This document shows positions 56,654 through 64,000 of a stretch of DNA of 64,000 bases, piece after piece (position 1 is the stretch's first letter; each line of letters opens with the position of its first letter). The position numbers were made by a program, and so were the translations under genes. Location: the NCBI GenBank assembly GCA_002104905.1, contig MCFE01000154.1:88365-152364 (forward strand). The letters run 5' to 3'. The DNA is from Basidiobolus meristosporus CBS 931.73. Its lineage: Eukaryota > Fungi > Basidiobolomycota. Under the pieces are notes generated by a model that was not told the DNA's origin, did no database searches, and was given only the letters and a program-made list of their open reading frames with translations.

Positions 56654-57682
56654 ATGACACAATCATTGACCATGCAAAGCATCGCCTTCAGCGAGAAAGG
56701 TGGCGTAGACGTTCTGAAGCAAACGACCGTCCCCAAGCCATCGCCCGCCGGAAGAGAGATCTTGGTCAAAATCAAAGGTGTGTCTGTCAACCCCATCGAC
56801 TACAAGGTTCGTGCTGGTCGTGCCCCTTTCCCAAACCACGAGATCATTGGCTGGGATGCCTCAGGCATAGTCGAGGCTTTGGGACCGGATGCAACGAAGT
56901 TTCAGGTTGGGGATGAGGTGATGTTCTCCGGCTCGGTTATGTACCAAGGCTGTTACGCGGAATACGCCACCATGGATGAGCGGCTCGTCGGCCACAAGCC
57001 CAAGTCCCTGAGCTTTGCCGATGCTGCAGGGCTCCCTTTAGTCACGCTGACCGCTTGGGAGTCTCTGGTTGAGAAGTTGGAGATTCCAGTCTCCTCCGAG
57101 GCCAACCATCGGCCATTGCTGATTATCAATGGTGCAGGCGGGGTAGGCTCGGTGGCGACGCAGATTGCTCGCAAGGTACTGAATCTGGAAACCGTCATCA
57201 CCACCGCATCGCGCCCCGAAACGTTCGAGTGGTGCAAGAAGATGGGGGCAACTCATGTTTTGGATCACAGCAAGCCGTTGCAGCCACAGTTAGAGGAGCT
57301 TGGGCTTGCGGTGGACTATGTATTTATTTCCTACAACACAGACGCCTATCTAGAAACCGTGGTAGACCTGATCCAACCCTTTGGGAAGATTGTCAGCATT
57401 GGCGAGACCTTCAACCCACTAGCTTTTCAGAAAGGCATCAACAAGTCGCTAACCTATGCTTGGGAGTCAGTATTTGCCAAGAGCCTTGCCGGCATCAACA
57501 TGGATTCTCAGGGCGAGGTTCTCACCCAGGTAGCCCAGCTGCTGGATGGCCAGGTCTTCACCCCCATCAGCACTGTCAAAATGATTTTCTCGCTGGAGAC
57601 TCTCAAGAAATCACACGAGCTACTTGAGACCGGCAGAGTCATTGGAAAAATCATCTTTGAGATGCCTAACAAATGGGCGTAG
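56654..57682 (+). CDS. MDR-superfamily NADPH:quinone oxidoreductase / zinc-type ADH-like protein, intronless
   Basis: VSVNPIDYKVRAG, IGWDASGIV, VGDEV, AAGLPLVTLTAWESL, LIINGAGGVGS, GRVIGKI; no catalytic Zn-binding Cys. Confidence 0.9.
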   Translation: MTQSLTMQSIAFSEKGGVDVLKQTTVPKPSPAGREILVKIKGVSVNPIDYKVRAGRAPFPNHEIIGWDASGIVEALGPDATKFQVGDEVMFSGSVMYQGCYAEYATMDERLVGHKPKSLSFADAAGLPLVTLTAWESLVEKLEIPVSSEANHRPLLIINGAGGVGSVATQIARKVLNLETVITTASRPETFEWCKKMGATHVLDHSKPLQPQLEELGLAVDYVFISYNTDAYLETVVDLIQPFGKIVSIGETFNPLAFQKGINKSLTYAWESVFAKSLAGINMDSQGEVLTQVAQLLDGQVFTPISTVKMIFSLETLKKSHELLETGRVIGKIIFEMPNKWA

Positions 57683-60600
57683 AACCGCCTCTAGCAGGAG
57701 TGCATGTAGCCCGAGTTCTCTACACCAGCATATGGATCTCTTTTGGCGAAGTCCCCAGGTCCTCATCGATACCACTCTATTCTCCCACTGCTAGTTCCGC
57801 CCCTGGCCGCGCCTGACGGTGCTCGATTATTGAATTTTGGTTCCAATAAATGCGATTAGCAACAGATCCACCTCGCTCATGGGATTGTCACGTGCTTGCG
57901 CGCGACTGAAGGGCTGTTGCGTGTGACTGGGTCTCAGGAAGCTCAATGGAGCCGCCAGATTTGGGGAATGCTGTCGAGGGATAGGGCGAGATTGGTGTAG
58001 TAGCATTGGTGGTGCACGATGGAGGGTTGATGGCCACCAGTGACCTGGGCCGGTAGGGAGGTAGTGTTGCTACCGGCCGGCAAGGCAACACAATGTGATG
58101 AAGGCTGAGCACGAATTTTACATTGAGCAGGTATTTGATTATCAATCCCATCTTCTCGGCTACTTGCTCTCCTATGCAGGCGGGGTATTATCAATAGCAC
58201 TGTGTCACAAACAATCAGCCGAATTATTCTTTTTTGGGGGCATATGCAAACATGTCAAATATATTCTCCGATTAGATAGGATGGTGGAGCTATTTCTCCC
58301 TAAGGAAATCATTGGCTTCAGGCAGCGCATTCCTATTTGACTAGATTCTCGTACGCGTCCCTAGGTGGCAAGCAACTGAACTCAGCGCTAGTCAGCACTT
58401 CCACCGCAGTCCGTTTGGATACAACATTGGGGAATATAAGTGCTGCCCTCGCAAGTGCCCGAGATGCTGCCCTCATCCTATGCGCTAGCAGCATGCTTGG
58501 TGAGGCGTCGGATAGGAGGGCGGGTTTTGGATCAGTTGAATCTCTGGCCGATCCAATCGATCGTCCAGTTAATTTGGGATTCTCATTTCCCATTAGTGGT
58601 GGGCCAACGCTCAAGGCCTTGCCCGGCAAGCAAAGCCACGAAGCAGTCAACATGCCCGCTCAGGTCGAGTGGCGAAGCCAATAGGATGAGTAAGAGGAGG
58701 ACTCCATGATTCATTGGTATTTTGCCCATAGAGCATGTGGCACAGAGGAGATGAAGGCCAATTTTATCATATGATATATACTTCTTTAAAGATCCCTCCA
58801 ATACTCCAAGGTGGCTTTCGGATATTTTCTCCCATGCACCAGCGGATTGCATACATATCGCTCTAGGTTAGCGATGAGCTCCGATGTCACCCAACACTAG
58901 TTTGTGCTCCCTAAGAGATGACATGAACTCGACCTAGTCGGATATTCACGGTCTCAAGCGTCGTTGAACGACAGGTACACCAAACCAGTGTCTGTATCTC
59001 GCTGACACGCATTTGTGGCACCAAGTGTTCAATATCCTATTGCTTGATCTATCGGTCCGTCCCAAAGTGGAGTTGCTGTGCAACCGCATCGAAATCAAAC
59101 CCTGCTTCTGGCAACGATCCAGTCCAGTGCATCCAGCAATGAACGAAACTGTATACATTCTGTTCTTGTATGTGGTTTATGACCTAGCGAATGATCATGT
59201 TAAATACATCTCGGATTGTGGTGTGGAATTCACATGAGCCCCGTGGACTGGCCTTCCACTTTGCACATCGTGCTTGCGTATCCGTCGAGATGATATGTTG
59301 CATGCCAGTAACCGTTGCACGGTGTCACCTAGGTGAGTGTGCATCTGTGGCCATATATTGAGGTGTTGGACCAAACCAGTTGCAATACAATGGTGAAAGG
59401 CACATTCCAATGGGATTCTGATGGTCAGGATGACAATATATCACACACGCACAGTGCAGCAGGTATGTGCTAGATCGATTGTCGAGCGAGCATCCGTCAA
59501 CTTCTGAGGGCCATACATAGTCGTCTGATGGCAGCAAACGCTACACATTTGGGAAGACCTACATCATAGAAAGACGGAGTATCATCACCTCGATTCTGCA
59601 TTGATCACAAGGCACAGGACTTGATTCAGAGCGGCTGCACGACATATCCAATTGATTCCAAATCTGTGCATCTTGTTTTCACCTGTTCAGCATGTTTTCT
59701 GGAAGCTGAATCCCTTAATTTTTATGGGTGGCTTGTAAGCTTTATATCGTATTGCGCTTGACAATATAGTTAAGTAATAGTGCTTTTTGGCAACTGTGGG
59801 GATGGAGCTGCGCCTCCTCACCATGAACAACATGCTATTGCTAATATGGCATAAACCTGAATTGCACTTGGGGGCAACACCCGATCTATCGATTACGGAT
59901 GATTAAATAGAGACTTGAAATGGGCTGCTAAATGTGTGGAAGTTTATACATCTTCAAGCTCCTATTTCATACATGCATCTGCAGCAACTTACTCGATTGA
60001 TGCATAGGTGTTCACCTTTCTCGCTAAGCCATCCGTGAACTGCACTCCTACCTTCACTCGTACCAAACGTAGTGGACCTTTGATACATCATGTTCCGAGA
60101 ACAGAGTGTATCCTTTGGGGCAGAAAAGAGGCCTGATGGAATATGATGTTATTGACGTCACATATGATGTGTGCCTGGAAGCTAGTGTTGTTTCTGGCAT
60201 GCAATCACTCGAGGTGACGGGCGAGCGCCGTTATGTCACGGCCTGGACTTCGTTAATAGATTGGCATACTTTATTGAACACCGCTACAGAAACGATGGTT
60301 ATGCTGCCGGAAGTCAGGTTGGCCGTGCTATTGAGCTGGTGGACATCTTTCCCCGGACTACAATCGTACAGGTGCGTGGAAGTGTCAGGTCGCTCATACA
60401 GAGAGGTTCGAGACGGGGCTTTTGATTGGTAGAGCCCATCATTGCCATTGCCAAGCGGTTTTCACCCAGATCTTTGTTTAGTTTAGCCAATCAGTTCTTG
60501 GTTAAATTTGTACAGATCTAATATTTCAGATTAAATGGGAAATCGTCCCTAGAGTATTCTGCATCAATAATACTAACAATCAAGTTTTTAAAAGTTACAA

Positions 60601-60941
60601 GCCTGCCGTATTACGTAATCACTTATATCAATACCGTACAATTCTGGATTGCGAAAATCATCAGCTAGGAATGATGGCTTGGCTTTACTGTTTTAAAGTC
60701 AACACCTGGCTTGCATTCCTTTAAAATGATATCTACCTAGATTTGCACAATTGATTCAGTGAGAAGTTTTCAATTGCAAATGGTGTTGGATCAACTGCTA
60801 AGCTTAAGACTTACTTGATTTGCATATCATGAACTTTTAAGACCAAAAGTTGCCACTTGCAACATTGTCTTGGATATGGGAACTGACTCTTCAGATCAGC
60901 CAAGTCCTGGATATCTTGGCAACTTTGAGCATGCCCATAAG

Positions 60942-61456
60942 TGTTGTAGGAGTTTTGGAGATATTGGAAATGACTGGAACAACAAGTAGATTATAAGGTT
61001 TTCAATTAATGACTTATTAAATGCAGAAATAGTGTTTATATTTACATAGTCCTGGCAAAACAAGCACATAGATAATGCTTGGAAAGGTCCCAAAAGCATG
61101 TGCAATGTTTGGGGTGTTTGGACAACTTATCAATTTTTAATGCTATGGGTACCTGATATTTTGGTGAAGATATTCTAAGTTAATACCAACAACAAGTTTG
61201 GCCAGAATTCTCTAGTATTTGCAGACAATGATCTAAGTGACTAAACTAGATGAGTGTTGAGGTGTAAATACAAAATGCGCACCTTTCCCACTCATCTAAA
61301 TATTCATATCAACTAGTACTAATGGTGATCCAGGATATTCAAACTTATCTTTGGCTAATGGCTTGGAGAATATATCTGTAATTGTTTAATCTGTGAGGCA
61401 GTAGACTATGTTGTTTTCTGTAGCTTCCTGTATGAACTATTGCCTAATAACTTTGT
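60942..61456 (-). mobile_element. 3' remnant (RNase H end, PPT, LTR) of the same copia family as 22700-23187
   Basis: Reverse complement reads ...FIQEATENNIVYC...DIFSKPLAKDKFEY, then GAGTGGGA and an LTR aligning with 22839-23187; cut off at ~61457. Confidence 0.8.
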
Positions 61457-61679
61457 GGTTGAGGGGGAGACAGTCACAAACAGGTGAAATCTGTATTGCA
61501 GTTCAAATAGAGAAGCCAGCATTACTGTTGCAGCTTTGACACAAGAGTGTGTAGCTGAGGGGAATTTGTAGGTAAGTTAACAAGGGATAGGGGGGTCACA
61601 GTAACCAACAGGTGAAATCTTTATTTCAGTTGAAACAAAGAAGCCAGCACTACTGTTGTAGCATTGATACAAGAGTGTG
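61457..61679 (-). mobile_element. Two tandem short relics (A ~61457-61582, B ~61583-61679) of the terminal element's proximal end
   Basis: Each starts with a degenerate telomere/G-run junction (GGTTGAGGGGG; AGGGATAGGGGGG) followed by GGTGAAATCT.TATT...AGAAGCCA, shared with 62278-62343. Confidence 0.7.
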
Positions 61680-62277
61680 TGTTGTGCATCAACATTTAAA
61701 ACTTAGCCAATTTTACTCCGTTTGAAAATCTAGTACCCTAACTGATTTTCCCTAACCCAAACATAGCAAATCCCAGTTACAGTTTATTTTATCCCACCTC
61801 AGAATCTATTTTTAGCTATCACACCTGATCTATTTTCAAATGGTCATTACATTATCAACCTATCTGCCAAGCCTTCCCAGGTGATTAGTCATCTGAGATC
61901 TATCCAACCACGGTGCAGTTGCCAAGACATCAGTTGATTTATGATGTAATTTTCATTTATCTTATGCACCTATGAACACCCAAATTTATCTCAATCAATC
62001 CAGTCCCTTGGCGCTTACTAATTCAACTTGATCAGAAAAGTATAAATAAAGTTTACTGAACCTTTTGGTTTAGTGTGTGTCTCAACAAAATTAAGATTCT
62101 GTCTCAGCAAAAATAAGAATCCAACAATTCCGTTCCAGTTTCTATCCAAGCCTAGTATATCTAGCACTCCAAAGAACACCAAGCCTAGCCTGCCTAGCAA
62201 ACAAAAATCATTGCCTTTATAGCCAACCCAGCTATATCCAAGACCAATATTAGATCAGAATCTTTCTGCTAATATTT
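61680..62277 (+). repeat. Truncated LTR of the same Ty3 family, opposite orientation
   Basis: Reverse complement of the 12133/17355 LTRs from TGTTGTGCATC to AATATTT; the last ~99 bp are missing. Confidence 0.95.
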
Positions 62278-62287
62278 AGGGTTAGGG
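62276..62287 (+). repeat. Interstitial telomere repeat (TTAGGG)2 at the LTR break point
   Basis: LTR ...AATATTT runs into TTAGGGTTAGGG with 2-nt TT overlap, then GGG. Confidence 0.85.
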
Positions 62288-62376
62288 GGGATGATCATCA
62301 CCAAAGGGTGAAATCTTTATTTAAATAATAAATAAAGAAGCCAAGTTTGAATATGAACATCTGAGATGCAGGAAGC

Positions 62377-63177
62377 CTACAAGATAAACTTGGACTTTGC
62401 TGTATCCCAAATATCCTCAATATCAAAGTCTAGAGGAGAGTGTAGCAAGACTGCTTGTTCACTGTAGTATTTCTTGAGGAAGTTTGTGACTTGAAGGGAA
62501 GGAGAGTTTTTCAACAAGCTGGTGAATCTTTTGAGGAGTTCTTTTTCCAGAGAGAATGGCACAAAGAGTGGAATGTCCAAATGATGTCTGAATATATGCT
62601 CTGAGAGCTCCCAATCCAGCATATTTTTGACTTCTTCTGTAAAATCTTCAACAATATCTTTGTCAAGAATAACTTCCAAGAGATCCCTGGCAATGTACTG
62701 AATGTTAATAATCTTAGGCATATGAATACCTAGCTCCTTGAGGTAGTTTCTTTGTTCTGATATTGGGAGATATCCTGCATTTCTGAAATAGCAAACTGCC
62801 CAGTTGGCAGTAGGAGGAGTATCAGGGCTGACAGGGAATCTTCTTCTGGCTTTAGCGTGCACTGGCTTAGGAGACTGTCTTGATGGAAGGGCAGCTGGTT
62901 TTGGATGAGCTTGAAGTGCTTGGGAGTAGGTTTGAGTACAAGTAGTAGAAATTCCTGGTTGCTGAGAATTTTCATTTTGACTGGATGAAGAGCTAATTGA
63001 GGGGTTGCAAGGTAAGGAAGAAGCTGAAAGAGAAGTGGAGAGGGCTGGGTGAAGTTCAGAAAGGGTTTTGAAAAGAATTTGGATCTGAGATTTCAACATT
63101 GAGTTTTCAGCTTCAAGAAGAGAAACTCTTTGTTCAAGGTAAGAAGTCTGTAAAGAGTGAAAGTTGGGTAAAGACAT
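62377..63177 (-). CDS. 266-aa protein resembling retroelement ORF1 (coiled coil, low-complexity linker, alpha/beta domain); no RT
   Basis: Open, intronless. N-terminal heptads LEQRVSLLEAENSMLKSQIQIL. YFRNAGYLPISEQRNYLKELGI...IINIQY recalls ORF1-type proteins of early-diverging-fungal non-LTR elements (from memory, not searched). Confidence 0.55.
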   Translation of the reverse strand: MSLPNFHSLQTSYLEQRVSLLEAENSMLKSQIQILFKTLSELHPALSTSLSASSLPCNPSISSSSSQNENSQQPGISTTCTQTYSQALQAHPKPAALPSRQSPKPVHAKARRRFPVSPDTPPTANWAVCYFRNAGYLPISEQRNYLKELGIHMPKIINIQYIARDLLEVILDKDIVEDFTEEVKNMLDWELSEHIFRHHLDIPLFVPFSLEKELLKRFTSLLKNSPSLQVTNFLKKYYSEQAVLLHSPLDFDIEDIWDTAKSKFIL

Positions 63178-63230
63178 GGAAGTAGTAAATAAGAAGAAAG
63201 GAGTAGTTGGAGTGGGAGGGTGGGAAAATA

Positions 63231-63764
63231 GGTAAGAAGAAAAGAGAGGAAAGATCTGAAATTGAAAATCTCAGAATTTATAGATGGATGGACAAAGGTA
63301 GAGGATTGATTAATCCAGGGTTAGGGAAAAATAGGTAAGAAGAAAAGAGAGGAAAGATCTGAAATTGAAAATCTCAGAATTTATAGATGGATGGACAAAG
63401 GTAGAGGATTGATTAATCCAGGGTTAGGGAAAAATAGGTAAGAAGAAAAGAGAGGAAAGATCTGAAATTGAAAATCTCAGAATTTATAGATGGATGGACA
63501 AAGGTAGAGGATTGATTAATCCAGGGTTAGGGAAAAATAGGTAAGAAGAAAAGAGAGGAAAGATCTGAAATTGAAAATCTCAGAATTTATAGATGGATGG
63601 ACAAAGGTAGAGGATTGATTAATCCAGGGTTAGGGAAAAATAGGTAAGAAGAAAAGAGAGGAAAGATCTGAAATTGAAAATCTCAGAATTTATAGATGGA
63701 TGGACAAGGGTAGAGGATTGATTAATCCAGGGTTAGGGAAAAATAGGTAAGAAGAAAAGAGAGG
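63231..63764. repeat. Telomere-adjacent tandem array: five 103-bp units plus a partial sixth, each containing AGGGTTAGGG
   Basis: GGTAAGAAG recurs at 63231, 63334, 63437, 63540, 63643 and 63746; one substitution seen, in unit 5. Confidence 0.95.
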
Positions 63765-63765
63765 G

Positions 63766-64000
63766 GTAGGGTTAGGGTTAGGGTTAGGGTTAGGGTTAGG
63801 GTTAGGGTTAGGGTTAGGGTTAGGGTTAGGGTTAGGGTTAGGGTTAGGGTTAGGGTTAGGGTTAGGGTTAGGGTTAGGGTTAGGGTTAGGGTTAGGGTTA
63901 GGGTTAGGGTTAGGGTTAGGGTTAGGGTTAGGGTTAGGGTTAGGGTTAGGGTTAGGGTTAGGGTTAGGGTTAGGGTTAGGGTTAGGGTTAGGGTTAGGGT
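63766..64000 (+). repeat. Telomere (TTAGGG)n, about 38 perfect repeats to the window end
   Basis: GTAGGG, then uninterrupted TTAGGG from 63772; G-rich strand runs 5' to 3' toward the end. Confidence 0.99.

Noticed and set aside
57800-60500. ORFs 58333-58709, 59013-59537 and 60106-60432
   Set aside because: No homology recognisable by eye; could be decayed sequence but unsupported.
62288-62316. Hammerhead ribozyme (as in Penelope pLTRs) at GATGATCATCACCAAAGGGTGAAA
   Set aside because: A hairpin followed by GAAA is present, but the CTGANGA core is not matched on either strand; kept only as a hairpin.
63231-63764. 103-bp array as a CRISPR-like or coding repeat
   Set aside because: Units are identical end to end with no variable spacers and no open frame; the context is eukaryotic and telomeric.

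Overview
Right-hand chromosome end of an intron-rich eukaryote, most likely an early-diverging fungus (class IV chitin synthase, 55-70 nt introns, class II RNR, TTAGGG telomere; the taxon is inference). Three zones. (1) 1-~24.2 kb is a CpG-depleted nest of transposons: two CACTA/En-Spm-type elements, Ty1/copia relics, a full-length Ty3 chromovirus and an apparently intact two-ORF PIF/Harbinger-superfamily element. (2) ~24.3-60.4 kb is a gene island: a 13-exon B12-dependent class II ribonucleotide reductase with an N-terminal BED zinc finger, an AN1 zinc-finger protein, a small GPI-type protein, IRE1, EFR3, a prenylcysteine oxidase-like gene, a PKA-like kinase, chitin synthase and an intronless MDR oxidoreductase. 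(3) ~60.9-64 kb is a subtelomere that looks built by repeated chromosome breakage and addition, through telomere-repeat junctions, of a small ORF1-like element, followed by five 103-bp units each carrying GGGTTAGGG and then the (TTAGGG)n telomere. The best candidates for undescribed biology are this telomere-attaching element and the BED-finger-NrdJ fusion. All coordinates, splice models and counts were read by eye; no database search was run.
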